51,351 nt of DNA from a virus (lineage: Duplodnaviria > Caudoviricetes), in IMG/VR virus record IMGVR_UViG_3300037482_000077, positions 1 to 51,351 of that record. One strand, given 5' to 3'. The translations under genes and the position numbers were made by a program. The notes under the pieces are model-generated. The model made no database searches. It was not told the origin of the DNA and was given only the letters and a program-made list of their open reading frames with translations. Positions 42,136-51,074 of this stretch are shown here, in pieces (within the stretch, counting starts at the first letter, position 1; every line of letters starts with the position of its first letter).

Positions 42136-43505
42136 CACTCAGCAGCGCCAAGCGCCGGCCCTTCGTCCGCCACCCGTTCCGCTTCGTCCGCCGCGACGAG
42201 GTCGGGCGACAGAATCCCGCGCCGCTGCTGTTCCTGGATCGCGGTCTGGCGCGAGATGAGCCCGCTCTGCTGCATCGTCACGACGAGCTGTGCGGAGGCG
42301 TCCGACAGCGAGTTGGCGCCGAAGTCTTTGTGGAGCGCGACGTTTCCGCCCTCGCCCTCGCCGACCCACATCGCCGCAAACTGCAAGCACTGGTCCAGCG
42401 CGTCCTCCACGCCCTCCGCGATGCGCTGCAGGGCCGACTTGTTGCCGTCGTCCTCGCTGCGGGTCTGGGTGGCGGTGACCTGTCCGGGCTTTATGACGAG
42501 GAGTTCCGCGCCGGTCGCGCGCATGCGCTCCTCTAGATCCTTGATCGACTCCCGGCCGGCACTGATCGCGGCGCCGGTATGCTCCACGAACTTCATTTCT
42601 GCGCCGAGCGGGAGCTTCACTGCGGATTTCGCGCCGACTGTGATCTCGGTATCGGAGTCCGCCCCGATGATCGCCAGGATGGGCACGCGCGCGACGTGCA
42701 GAATCGTCTGCTGGTCGCTCGACGACTGCCAGTGCTCGACGTTCTGGTGCGCGAGCTCAAGCAGCGGCGGGCGGCCCACGCCGAACCCGGTCCGTTGCCC
42801 GTAGAAGAAAACGAACGGGATCTCTGACAGCGTCGTGAGCCCCTCATCGACGCGCGCCCACTGCACGGCCGCGGACGCTGTCTCGGCCTTGCGATACACC
42901 GCCCATGCGCCGGGGGTGAGGACACGCACCTGTTCGATCGTCTTCGCGCCGAACTCACCAGTCTCGACTTCGACCGACTCCAGCAGGCGCAGCTGCATCA
43001 GTTTGGTTGCGCCGCCGGTGCGCATCGACCGCCAGCCCAGCACCGTGCCGGGCGCATAGCGGGTGAAGTAGGGCCGCGCACCGACCGCGCGCTCTTCGGC
43101 GAGGTTGCGGACGTTGCGCACGGTCGGGTAATCGACCAGCACGCCCGAGACGCCGTAGCCGATGCAATCGCTCATCACCTCGGCGGCGAATGTGTGCAGG
43201 TTGCGCCCCTGTAGGTCGGCGTCCGTCATCCATTCCGCGAGCCTGGCGGGCACCTTGTCGTTCAACGTGAGCGACTTGGCGAACGGCTTGCCGGCCAGGA
43301 TCTCGACGGTGCGCGCGAACGCCGGGTAGAGGGTGGCCGTCTTCAGGCGCGCGCTGTAGCTGTCGTCGGCCTCGTTGGGCCACTGCGGCAGATGCACCCG
43401 CCCCGCCGACCGCATCGCCGACGTACCGCCGAGCAGATGACGGATCATGGGCCACTGCTCGGCCATGCCCGTGACTGCGGCGGATTCGGTGCGAACGTCT
43501 GTCAT
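42135..43505 (-). CDS. Portal protein (DUF4055)
   Basis: LLGGTSAMR, YSARL and PPLLELAHQNVEHWQSSSD motifs. Confidence 0.9.
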   Translation of the reverse strand: MTDVRTESAAVTGMAEQWPMIRHLLGGTSAMRSAGRVHLPQWPNEADDSYSARLKTATLYPAFARTVEILAGKPFAKSLTLNDKVPARLAEWMTDADLQGRNLHTFAAEVMSDCIGYGVSGVLVDYPTVRNVRNLAEERAVGARPYFTRYAPGTVLGWRSMRTGGATKLMQLRLLESVEVETGEFGAKTIEQVRVLTPGAWAVYRKAETASAAVQWARVDEGLTTLSEIPFVFFYGQRTGFGVGRPPLLELAHQNVEHWQSSSDQQTILHVARVPILAIIGADSDTEITVGAKSAVKLPLGAEMKFVEHTGAAISAGRESIKDLEERMRATGAELLVIKPGQVTATQTRSEDDGNKSALQRIAEGVEDALDQCLQFAAMWVGEGEGGNVALHKDFGANSLSDASAQLVVTMQQSGLISRQTAIQEQQRRGILSPDLVAADEAERVADEGPALGAAE

Positions 43506-43511
43506 GCGGGG

Positions 43512-44741
43512 TTACATCCTCAGTGGTTCAACGATGGCGGTGCGGCTCTGGATCGGGTAGCGGTACGCAATGAAGTAGCCTGCCGCGTCGATGACGTGGT
43601 CGAGGCCGCCGTCCTTGTCGGGTTCGCCGTGCTTGTTGTACGCCTGCCTTTCCAACGACTCGACGAGCTGCGGGCAGCGCTCCGGATTCACGCGATAGCG
43701 CCGCGCGCCGTCGCAATGCACCATGCGGTTCATCGACAGCACGCGGTCTTTCACGGCCGGATTCGCCGGATTCGCGCACACCCTAAAGCCCGCCGCGCGC
43801 AGCAGCGACAAATCCGACTCGCTCGCGTTGTTGCTCTTGCGGTTGTTGCCCGAGGCGTCCGGGTAAATCATGACCGGGTGGTTCGGGTAGTCGCGCTTTA
43901 GCAGCGCGATCATGGCCGGCGTGTCGAACACTTCTGTCAATTCCGCCGCCGCGTGCGGGTCGTCTCCGCGCAGCACGTGGATGACCGCCGCGCCGTGCGC
44001 CACATTGAAGTCCATTCCGATGTGGAGCGGCTCGCCCGGCTTGATGGCTTCGCCACTGGCGTTCAGCGCCCGGTCGAACTCGGCATAAACGCTACCGGCC
44101 GTCAGATTGACGAACTCGCCATCCAGATACGCCGACAGCAGATTCGATGGGTACGTGTTGCGCAGATTGGCGATGTACTCGGCCGGCAGGTTCGCCGCGT
44201 TGTCCATCGTCCGCGCCCGAAACATCACATAGCCCGGCGCGCGATGCTTGACCCATCGCTCATGCACAAACCGGAACCCTTCCGGCGTCGTCGCAACCCC
44301 GACCGTGTTCGGCATGCTGCATTTCTGACGATTGCGGGCAATGACCTTGTTCCAGACCTCGCGCGCCTTCTCGATCGGCAGCGTGTCGAGCTCATCGCAG
44401 ATCGAGTGCGCGACTTCATACCCGACGATGCGCGCCGGGTTTTCCATCGTGCGGAACACGATCCGGCCGGCGCCAGGGAACTCGATAAACGAGCTCGCCT
44501 TGTTCAGCTTGTAGGCCCAGCCTTTGCGCTCGCACAGGTCCGGGAATCGCCGGTAGGCGATGTCCTCGACCAGCGGATAGGTCGGCAGGTAGTAGGCCAC
44601 GTCGCACTGCCTGAAATGCGACTTGAGCGCCATCGCGCGGGCAATCGCTGCGGCAGTTTTTCCGCTACCGAATCCGCCAACGAAAGCCGGGAACGGCTCG
44701 CGGCTCGTCGCGAACGCGCGCTGCGTGTCCGTGAGGCTCAT
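43512..44741 (-). CDS. terL: Terminase large subunit
   Basis: Walker A GGFGSGKT, ICDE, TTPEG, GMDFN and DHVIDA nuclease motifs. Confidence 0.95.
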   Translation of the reverse strand: MSLTDTQRAFATSREPFPAFVGGFGSGKTAAAIARAMALKSHFRQCDVAYYLPTYPLVEDIAYRRFPDLCERKGWAYKLNKASSFIEFPGAGRIVFRTMENPARIVGYEVAHSICDELDTLPIEKAREVWNKVIARNRQKCSMPNTVGVATTPEGFRFVHERWVKHRAPGYVMFRARTMDNAANLPAEYIANLRNTYPSNLLSAYLDGEFVNLTAGSVYAEFDRALNASGEAIKPGEPLHIGMDFNVAHGAAVIHVLRGDDPHAAAELTEVFDTPAMIALLKRDYPNHPVMIYPDASGNNRKSNNASESDLSLLRAAGFRVCANPANPAVKDRVLSMNRMVHCDGARRYRVNPERCPQLVESLERQAYNKHGEPDKDGGLDHVIDAAGYFIAYRYPIQSRTAIVEPLRM

Positions 44742-45265
44742 ACGAAGTCATCGACGGAGGCCGGCAATGTCTTCGTCGTGACCGTTGCGTCCAGTTTGTC
44801 GGTGAACATGCCAAGGTGCCGGCCGATATCAACCAGCGCGGCGCGCTTGTCGTGCATCTTGATCTTGATGCCCTGCGCGGTCTGGCTCACCTCGGAGATG
44901 GATGCCGCAGTGGCATCGTCGATCTCTTCGCTGCCCACGAGCGCAACACCATTGACGATCTCGGTCGTGTTAGTCATCTCGTTCGTGACCGCGACGCCTT
45001 CGCCCCACCGGACGGCCTTCCTGATGTCGGCAAATCCGATCTTGGCCAGCTCGGCGAGCACGCGGTCCTGCGTGATGTGCGTCCGGGTCTCGCGCGCCTT
45101 CATGGCCTCTGACAGAGCCGCTTGTACGCTAGCTTTCGCTAACAGCCGTGCGCCCTGCTCGTTCGCCGTCCGGGCGCTGTACCCTGCTCTTGTCGCGGCT
45201 TGCGTCGCGTTGAGATCGATCAGATACTCCGCGACGAAACACTGCTGCTTCGCCGTGAGCGCCAT
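44738..45265 (-). CDS. terS: Terminase small subunit
   Basis: LTAKQQCFVAEYLIDLNATQAATRAGYS. Confidence 0.95.
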   Translation of the reverse strand: MALTAKQQCFVAEYLIDLNATQAATRAGYSARTANEQGARLLAKASVQAALSEAMKARETRTHITQDRVLAELAKIGFADIRKAVRWGEGVAVTNEMTNTTEIVNGVALVGSEEIDDATAASISEVSQTAQGIKIKMHDKRAALVDIGRHLGMFTDKLDATVTTKTLPASVDDFV

Positions 45266-45721
45266 CGCCTGTCCTTCCGTAGTTGTTCGGGTATCCCGCT
45301 GCGGGACTGCTTCGCCTCGTCGGCGCTTGAACTATTCGGAAATCCCTAATAGTTCGCCGGGCTCGCACCGGCATCGATGGATCACGCTCCTTCGAGGTGA
45401 CGCCAAAAGCAAACGCCCCGCGCTCCATGAGGAAGGCGAGGCGTTGAATGTTTGCCGCTTACGATTATGCGGCGCCCGTGTTGATGCTTTTGCTGTCAGC
45501 TCTTTCGGAGGTAGCCCGGGCCGATCTCTTGGATTCTTGCCGGTTACAGCGTCCGGCCGCCGTGGCATCAGCGTTGTGCGCTGACCGGCTGAGGTGCTGA
45601 CCCCTAGACGGGTCCGAATTGTGCTGTCGTAGGAGGCTGATTGACCCGATTAAGCGATCGCCACTCGCACGCTACCTGCTCCCATACGGGTACATCCGCA
45701 GTAAGCCCGGCCTTCAGATGC

Positions 45722-45753
45722 AAAACGCCCGCGATCCTTGCGAGATGGCGGGC
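45722..45753 (-). terminator. tR'-like terminator after the late promoter
   Basis: CGCCCGC...GCGGGCG-TTTT. Confidence 0.55.
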
Positions 45754-45833
45754 GGTTCATTTTGTCTCGGAGTCGGCGATACCTACCAACGGTATCGCGA
45801 TCTCGTCTATGACGGCGGCTGTACTCTGCGCGT

Positions 45834-45862
45834 TTTATATCATGTATGAATGTACAGATCAA
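45834..45862 (-). promoter_or_regulatory. pR'-like late promoter
   Basis: TTGATC-17-TATAAA upstream of the terminator and the terminase operon. Confidence 0.6.
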
Positions 45863-46029
45863 GCGGCGTCAATCAGCTTGCGCACCCATACCGATCCGCC
45901 GTTCTTGCGGGCCTTCTCGCGCTGCTCGTGCGTGAGTTGTACGGTGACGCGCTCGACGGCCGTTGCGCCGTCCGCTGCCTTGCGCCCCTGGCCGCGATCG
46001 GGGCCGCCGCGCTTGTTCAGCCGTCTCAC
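45859..46029 (-). CDS. Small RHH-like regulator (paralog of 47715-47906)
   Basis: KRGGPDRGQGRK...VTVQLTHEQREK...GGSVWVR. Confidence 0.75.
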   Translation of the reverse strand: MRRLNKRGGPDRGQGRKAADGATAVERVTVQLTHEQREKARKNGGSVWVRKLIDAA

Positions 46030-46355
46030 ATCTCCACCCCAACTGCGGCGCACGCCCATGAAACCTCGTTCGGGTTCGTGTCGGTCGGGCGTGCGTCGAA
46101 CATGGGCCGCGTAACCGTCTTTCGGCCGAGTTGGCGCATTTTGCTGTCGAGAACCGTTATCTCGATGCTGCCGTCACGCTTGCCCCGGTACTCGACGCGC
46201 TTCCCGAAATACTGCGTGAGCTTCGTCGCTTCGGTATGCGGGTAAGCGAGCGTTTCACGCCGCTGATCCTCTTCGACGCCGCGCTTGACTGCGTTGTCGT
46301 ATTCGCCGCTGCTGTGAAGGATTCCCATGATCTTCTCCTCTATCGCCCGTTTCAC
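46026..46355 (-). CDS. Hypothetical protein (moron 1)
   Basis: GTGA overlaps. Confidence 0.6.
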   Translation of the reverse strand: MKRAIEEKIMGILHSSGEYDNAVKRGVEEDQRRETLAYPHTEATKLTQYFGKRVEYRGKRDGSIEITVLDSKMRQLGRKTVTRPMFDARPTDTNPNEVSWACAAVGVEM

Positions 46356-46606
46356 AGCCCGCGGCTCATCGCGTCTTTCTGCGCGGCCTTGAGCACCTTG
46401 TACTCGGCGTCCAGTTCCGAGTAGCGCGGGTCGTCGATGCTGGTGCCTTCCATGATCCGCGAAATGCGCGCCGCCTTGCCTTCGAGCTTGCTCCAGAGCG
46501 GCTCACCGGCACCAGATTCGACGAACTTCTCGTGCGGGTTGTAGCCCTCGCCGCCTTCGTTCATCAGGTCGTTGTAAGCCTTCCACATCGGGTTGATCGT
46601 GCTCAT
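46352..46606 (-). CDS. Hypothetical protein (moron 1)
   Basis: GGAG RBS; own promoter upstream. Confidence 0.7.
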   Translation of the reverse strand: MSTINPMWKAYNDLMNEGGEGYNPHEKFVESGAGEPLWSKLEGKAARISRIMEGTSIDDPRYSELDAEYKVLKAAQKDAMSRGL

Positions 46607-46645
46607 TTTCCGCTCCCGTCCGTTGTTGTGTGCTTCCTTGATTTG

Positions 46646-46673
46646 ATTATAGCGCCACAAACAGACATTGCAA
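46646..46673 (-). promoter_or_regulatory. Sigma70 promoter of moron 1
   Basis: TTGCAA-16-TATAAT. Confidence 0.7.
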
Positions 46674-46699
46674 GAGAAATTTAGCGCTCCCGGCCCCGA

Positions 46700-46915
46700 T
46701 CAACCAGAGCCCACGATTGCATCGAACAGATAGTTCGTTGTTCGTCTCACGATTCGCCCGATCATTGTCTTCGGCATGTCGGCCTGCCACGCCCTATACG
46801 CAGACTCAGCCGACGCGCCAAAGCCTTTCGCCAGCTTCGACTCGCAGCAATACGCAGGGAGGAAGCGGATACCAAAAAGGTACGGACTCGCGATGTAACG
46901 AATTTTCGGCTTCAT
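46700..46915 (-). CDS. Hypothetical protein
   Basis: ATGA overlap with the Q-like gene. Confidence 0.55.
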   Translation of the reverse strand: MKPKIRYIASPYLFGIRFLPAYCCESKLAKGFGASAESAYRAWQADMPKTMIGRIVRRTTNYLFDAIVGSG

Positions 46916-47292
46916 GTTCTTGCCCGGTTGCGCACCATCCGCATCGCCCGGTGCAGCTCCGTCACCATCTCGTCGCGCCGAATCGCCAGCACGCGCCGGA
47001 TGTAGCCTTCCTGGGCGCGGTGTAGACAGTGCAAATGGATCAGCCACCGCTGACGCTCAGGCAGCGCACACACGTGACTGTGCAGCGCCTCGGCGGCCAG
47101 GCTGTCCCACTCGGCGCGCGGCTCGCTGTCCTGCCAGATGTCCGTGCTCTTGAACCGGTACTCGATCGACCGGCAATGCCCGCGGCGGATACGGTCGCGG
47201 GACCATGCCGCCCAGTTCTCTAGCCGCTCGTGCGTCTCCTGCAGGTCTTCCGGAATGCGGCGAAGCTGCTCAAATATCGACTCACGAATCAT
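46912..47292 (-). CDS. Q-like late antiterminator
   Basis: ERLENWAAW N-terminus, C-terminal HTH-like segment; last nin-region gene before pR'. Confidence 0.7.
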   Translation of the reverse strand: MIRESIFEQLRRIPEDLQETHERLENWAAWSRDRIRRGHCRSIEYRFKSTDIWQDSEPRAEWDSLAAEALHSHVCALPERQRWLIHLHCLHRAQEGYIRRVLAIRRDEMVTELHRAMRMVRNRART

Positions 47293-47516
47293 TGCCCGTT
47301 ATCCCCTTGTTCCAAACTGATGACTACATTTCTCAGCGTCGCCAGCGGTCGCGCCGGCACGCGCTTTGTGTCGCTGGCGCTGTAACTCCGCGCCGTGACG
47401 TGCGTAGGCATATCAATGCCCGAGATGAGCCGGTGCGCGGCGGCATGGAGCCGGCCGAGCCGCGACTGCAGGTCCGCGATGCGCAACAGCAGGCGCGTCT
47501 CGGTGGTCTCGTCCAT
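47289..47516 (-). CDS. Hypothetical protein
   Basis: Overlap packing. Confidence 0.55.
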   Translation of the reverse strand: MDETTETRLLLRIADLQSRLGRLHAAAHRLISGIDMPTHVTARSYSASDTKRVPARPLATLRNVVISLEQGDNGQ

Positions 47517-47731
47517 CACTGCCCGCCGTCCGCTTTGCTGTGGCGCCACTGGTCGCAGCGCCTGGCGGGCGCCTGCTCGCGTCTTGTTTTCGGCGCCTGC
47601 GTGTTGTCGCAGCTCTGCATGGTCGTCCCGCACAACCGCCACGTGGTGAGGCTCGCGCAGTGCGTGCAGTCCTGGCCGCGGCGCTCCAGCCATCGCTCGG
47701 GGTTTCGGTACTGGTTAGCGGGCAATGCCAT
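47516..47731 (-). CDS. Cys-rich hypothetical protein
   Basis: YRNP...CTHC...C...RC. Confidence 0.65.
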   Translation of the reverse strand: MALPANQYRNPERWLERRGQDCTHCASLTTWRLCGTTMQSCDNTQAPKTRREQAPARRCDQWRHSKADGGQ

Positions 47732-47906
47732 CGGGCGTCTTTGCGCGGTCAATCTTGCCGCGCACCCACTCCGCACCGCCGAGCCGCTCCAGCTTCTCGC
47801 GCTGCGCCTCGGTCATGCGCAGCGAGACCGTCACCGTGATCTCGCCGGGCTTGACAGGCTTTCTGCCTTGACCCCTTCCGGGGCCACCTCGTTTGGTTTC
47901 GGTCAT
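47715..47906 (-). CDS. Small RHH-like regulator (moron 2)
   Basis: KRGGPGRGQGRKP...VSLRMTEAQREKLERLGGAEWVR. Confidence 0.8.
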   Translation of the reverse strand: MTETKRGGPGRGQGRKPVKPGEITVTVSLRMTEAQREKLERLGGAEWVRGKIDRAKTPDGIAR

Positions 47907-48064
47907 TGCGCACCGTTCAGGCGGGCAATTTCGTTTTCCATGTAGGCGCGAAAATCCGGGTTGCAAAAATACTCGCGCATCATTTCCACCTGGGCAATAC
48001 GCTCTGGGTTGGTTTCGCCAATCAGAGCGTTGTTGAAAACTTCGGCGGCTTGTTGGTTGGTCAT
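47903..48064 (-). CDS. Hypothetical protein (moron 2)
   Basis: AAGGAG RBS; own promoter. Confidence 0.7.
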   Translation of the reverse strand: MTNQQAAEVFNNALIGETNPERIAQVEMMREYFCNPDFRAYMENEIARLNGAQ

Positions 48065-48098
48065 TTCGCTCTCCTTCGTTTGTTGAGTTGATGTAGTT

Positions 48099-48150
48099 AT
48101 TGTAGCGCGCAATCAAACCATGTCAAGCGTTATTTGTGGTGCGCAATCAA
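48099..48150 (-). promoter_or_regulatory. Sigma70 promoter of moron 2 with direct-repeat operators
   Basis: TTGACA-16-TACAAT; TTGATTGCGC twice (48107-48116 and 48141-48150). Confidence 0.75.
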
Positions 48151-48315
48151 CACTTCATCCCCATGCAGCGCACACACCCAGCGCGCGTTCCTGCCGCCGT
48201 TGAATGTGATCTCCCGCCCGCCGGCTCGCGGACGCTGGCAGCGGCATTGGCTGCAGTAGCGCGGCTGGTGGCCGTGGGTGGCGGAGAGCAGCCGCCGGTA
48301 GGTGTCGCTCGGCAT
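48130..48315 (-). CDS. Small zinc-finger protein
   Basis: CSQC...RWVC. Confidence 0.6.
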   Translation of the reverse strand: MPSDTYRRLLSATHGHQPRYCSQCRCQRPRAGGREITFNGGRNARWVCALHGDEVLIAHHK

Positions 48316-48707
48316 CAAGCCATCTCCCATTCGCGCGCAGTAAGTTTCACGCCGCGCTCTGCACAGAACGCATTCATCAGTTCGATCAGGTCGGACATCT
48401 CTCGCTTGCTCATCTTGCTGGTGCGCTGCCCGCACACAACGAAGCCACCATCTAAGCCAGGGATGACCTTCTGCCGCTTCAGTGCTGCGGAAAACACGTC
48501 TTTCCACTCTTCTGGCGTGAGCTTGTTGCCGTACCAATCGACCTGTTTCGCGATATCGGCGAGTTGCGCCCACATGCGTGCGTTAGCCTCGCTCGAGCGT
48601 GTCGGATCGGCGATCGTGACGACCTTTCCCCACGGTGCCGCGGCGATCTGCCGGCGAACGTGAGTCTTAACGTCGTCGCTCACGAGCTTGAATCGCTGGA
48701 TCGTCAT
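48315..48707 (-). CDS. ninB: NinB/Orf recombination protein
   Basis: TRSSEANARMWA, LTPEEWKDVF and RTSKMSKREMSDLIE motifs. Confidence 0.9.
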   Translation of the reverse strand: MTIQRFKLVSDDVKTHVRRQIAAAPWGKVVTIADPTRSSEANARMWAQLADIAKQVDWYGNKLTPEEWKDVFSAALKRQKVIPGLDGGFVVCGQRTSKMSKREMSDLIELMNAFCAERGVKLTAREWEMA

Positions 48708-48982
48708 GCCATCAACGCTGCCGCGCGCTTCGTCAGGTCCGCGAGGTGTTTTGCGACGATCTGGAGCGCCTCGGTTTCGGCCTGCTCTTTCGTCGCGCCC
48801 TTCTTTAGCGGGTGCCCGTCGATCGCAACGGCGTGGCAGTGCATCACCCATTCCGGCCGGTGGTAGATATGCCCGCAGGTGATCACGATGCGCAGCGGGC
48901 CTTCCTTCACCTCAAACGTCGTCGGCGTTCGCTCTTTGTCGTTACGGCTGTAGCTCGTAACGTCTTTCCACTCTGCGGTCAT
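48704..48982 (-). CDS. Hypothetical protein
   Basis: EWKDVTSYSR...GHIY motif. Confidence 0.7.
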   Translation of the reverse strand: MTAEWKDVTSYSRNDKERTPTTFEVKEGPLRIVITCGHIYHRPEWVMHCHAVAIDGHPLKKGATKEQAETEALQIVAKHLADLTKRAAALMA

Positions 48983-49001
48983 GTCGCGTTGCGCTCCGTA
49001 G

Positions 49002-49751
49002 TTATGCGGCAAGCTCACGCTTTGCCATCTCGCAGAAAATCCCGCACTGAACCTCGGGCTCGCTCTGGTAGTCGCCAGTGCCGGGCTGCAGTTCGTCCAG
49101 AAACGCCCGCTCTTCATTGATCCGAATCAGGCGCACGCCGAGCCGGCGCGACTCTTTCGCCATGTGGTCGAATTGCTCGGGGAAGTCGGCGCGAATCTTG
49201 TTCCAGTAGCCTTGCCCGGTCGCTTTGCAGCAGCCGATGCAGTTATTGTGCTGGTAGCCGAGCCGGTACATTTTCGGCAATTCGATCCCGGCGTCCTTCA
49301 CCATCGCCAGGCAGTCGGAATGCTCTAGCCCGCGCTCGATAAGCGGTGAAAAGGCGTCGATATTGTTCGCGTCGAGAAAGTCATCCCATCGGCCCTGTTC
49401 TTCGGCGCAGTAGCCGAAGACATGCCGGTCGGTCGGCTTCTCGAAGCGGCGGCGAACTTCCTTTTTCAGCTCCAGCGTGCAGGGCGCCCCACCGATGCCG
49501 CTGATGTACGAGCGCTGCCGGAAAACCTCGTAAATCGAGCCGTCGTACTTCTCCGCGATCAGGTTCATGATCGGCACGCCAAACCACGCCTCGCAGTCGG
49601 CGGCAAAGCGGTCGTTGTCCGGGTGCTCCTCGCGCACGATGCACCGCGCTACCACCAGTGGCAGTCGGCCCGCGTTCTCGGCAATCGCCAGCTTCGTCGC
49701 CACCCCACTGGCGGCGCCGCACGAAAACCAGCACACAATCCGTTGTTCCAT
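49002..49751 (-). CDS. PAPS-reductase-like PP-loop protein, carried in an attC-like cassette
   Basis: WFSCGAASG, EHPDN, APCT, HNNCIGC and CGIFC motifs. Confidence 0.85.
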   Translation of the reverse strand: MEQRIVCWFSCGAASGVATKLAIAENAGRLPLVVARCIVREEHPDNDRFAADCEAWFGVPIMNLIAEKYDGSIYEVFRQRSYISGIGGAPCTLELKKEVRRRFEKPTDRHVFGYCAEEQGRWDDFLDANNIDAFSPLIERGLEHSDCLAMVKDAGIELPKMYRLGYQHNNCIGCCKATGQGYWNKIRADFPEQFDHMAKESRRLGVRLIRINEERAFLDELQPGTGDYQSEPEVQCGIFCEMAKRELAA

Positions 49752-49765
49752 GCTTCCTCCGAACC

Positions 49766-49822
49766 GCATAAATCGGCGCTCCAGCGGACGCCTAGCGGCG
49801 CCGCTGATCTTGGTCGTTGGGC
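49766..49822 (+). mobile_element. attC-like recombination site (57 bp)
   Basis: GCATAAA-TCGGC-GCTCCAGC-GGACGCC-TAGC-GGCGCC-GCTGATC-TTGGTC-GTTGGGC: R''/L''/L'/R' spacing with both extrahelical bases. Confidence 0.75.
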
Positions 49823-50019
49823 TGCACTCTTTCAGCCAGGTTGAGCACCATTGCGCCAAGCTCTTGAATGTAGTCAAGCGCAATAGCCAGGTGCCTGCGG
49901 TCATGCGGACCGGGCTTATCCTCCCGCAGTACGCCAAAGTCCTCGCCGTCAAAACTTGCGAGAAATTTCAGCGCAGTCGTTGCTGTTTCCTTTGCAAGCT
50001 CCGGGTGCAGTTCTGCCAT
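49792..50019 (-). CDS. Hypothetical protein in a second cassette
   Basis: AAGGAG RBS; C-terminus runs into the attC-like site. Confidence 0.65.
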   Translation of the reverse strand: MAELHPELAKETATTALKFLASFDGEDFGVLREDKPGPHDRRHLAIALDYIQELGAMVLNLAERVQPNDQDQRRR

Positions 50020-50128
50020 TCCGCTCTCCTTTCAAAGCCGCCAACGCTACGGTCAACGCGACCGGCTGCAGGCTTGGTTCATTGTTCAATCGCCTTGCGC
50101 TTCTCGACGTACTGCCGGCGGATCGCGG

Positions 50129-50425
50129 TCATCGTGCCGCCCCGTAGATCCGGTTGCGCGTCTCGTCCAAAAGCTCAAACTCAGTGACGCCGTGCAGCCG
50201 CTCCCATGCCTTGCGCCCGCGCACATGCAGCGCGTCATTGCCGAGACGGTGATGCGTCGGGCATAGAGGTATGGCGTCGAAGTGGCTCGCCTTGCGCCCT
50301 GCCCCGGTGCCGGTGCGCGGGTGATGGATCTCGGCCGGGCTCTCGCCGTAGCCGAGTCGATTGCACAGAGCGCAGCCCAGACGGGCCACGCGGTCGAGGT
50401 GGGTGTGCTCAGCCTTGGTGGTCAT
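50129..50425 (-). CDS. Ref-like (recombination enhancement) HNH-type nuclease
   Basis: GCALC, AEIHH and IPLCPTHHR motifs. Confidence 0.85.
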   Translation of the reverse strand: MTTKAEHTHLDRVARLGCALCNRLGYGESPAEIHHPRTGTGAGRKASHFDAIPLCPTHHRLGNDALHVRGRKAWERLHGVTEFELLDETRNRIYGAAR

Positions 50426-50865
50426 AGCGCAGCACCTACCGTCACGGCAACCGCCAGCGCCGGCCACGCATGGGACCGCACGCCGTAAGTTGGGCCTGGA
50501 TTGGCTTTCACGCCTTGCGGGCCGATCAGGTCGATCAAGGCTTGACGGATGTTCGCGTCCTTGGCGCGGGGTGTGCCGCACAGGTGCATTTTCACGTCCT
50601 TGCGATACACGAGCCGCACCGCATCCGGATCGCGCCACGTCTGTTGGAATCTCCCGATCCACCGCACCGTCTCGAACACCTCGCGACCGACCGCCATGCC
50701 GTAGCTCGCCACCATCTCGATCGCGAGCACATCGGCCACCGATTCTCCGATGCGATAGAGCATGTCGTCGTTCTGCTCAACACCGGACGCAATCACGCGG
50801 CCGGCGTCGTAGATGCACCATCCGGATTCTGTTGTGCCAGGGTCGATCGCAAAGATTGTCGTCAT
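50422..50865 (-). CDS. RuvC-like Holliday junction resolvase
   Basis: IFAIDPGTTESG, LAIE and KDANIRQAL motifs. Confidence 0.75.
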   Translation of the reverse strand: MTTIFAIDPGTTESGWCIYDAGRVIASGVEQNDDMLYRIGESVADVLAIEMVASYGMAVGREVFETVRWIGRFQQTWRDPDAVRLVYRKDVKMHLCGTPRAKDANIRQALIDLIGPQGVKANPGPTYGVRSHAWPALAVAVTVGAAL

Positions 50866-51074
50866 ACCTCACCTCCCGCACCGTCCCGCACGACGAACCG
50901 ATCGGACTGCGCATTCCGCATGCACCCGACGACGACGCCATCGACGAACGATGTCACGTAGCAATACGATTTTCCGTCCTCGCTGATCCGCCCATTCCGG
51001 ATGACCGTCATCACGTACTGCAGCGCCTGCGCGTCATTGTGCGTCGAGTCGTTTTGGATGATAAGTTTGCTCAC
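50862..51074 (-). CDS. Hypothetical protein
   Basis: GRIS..GKSYCY motif; overlap packing. Confidence 0.65.
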   Translation of the reverse strand: MSKLIIQNDSTHNDAQALQYVMTVIRNGRISEDGKSYCYVTSFVDGVVVGCMRNAQSDRFVVRDGAGGEV

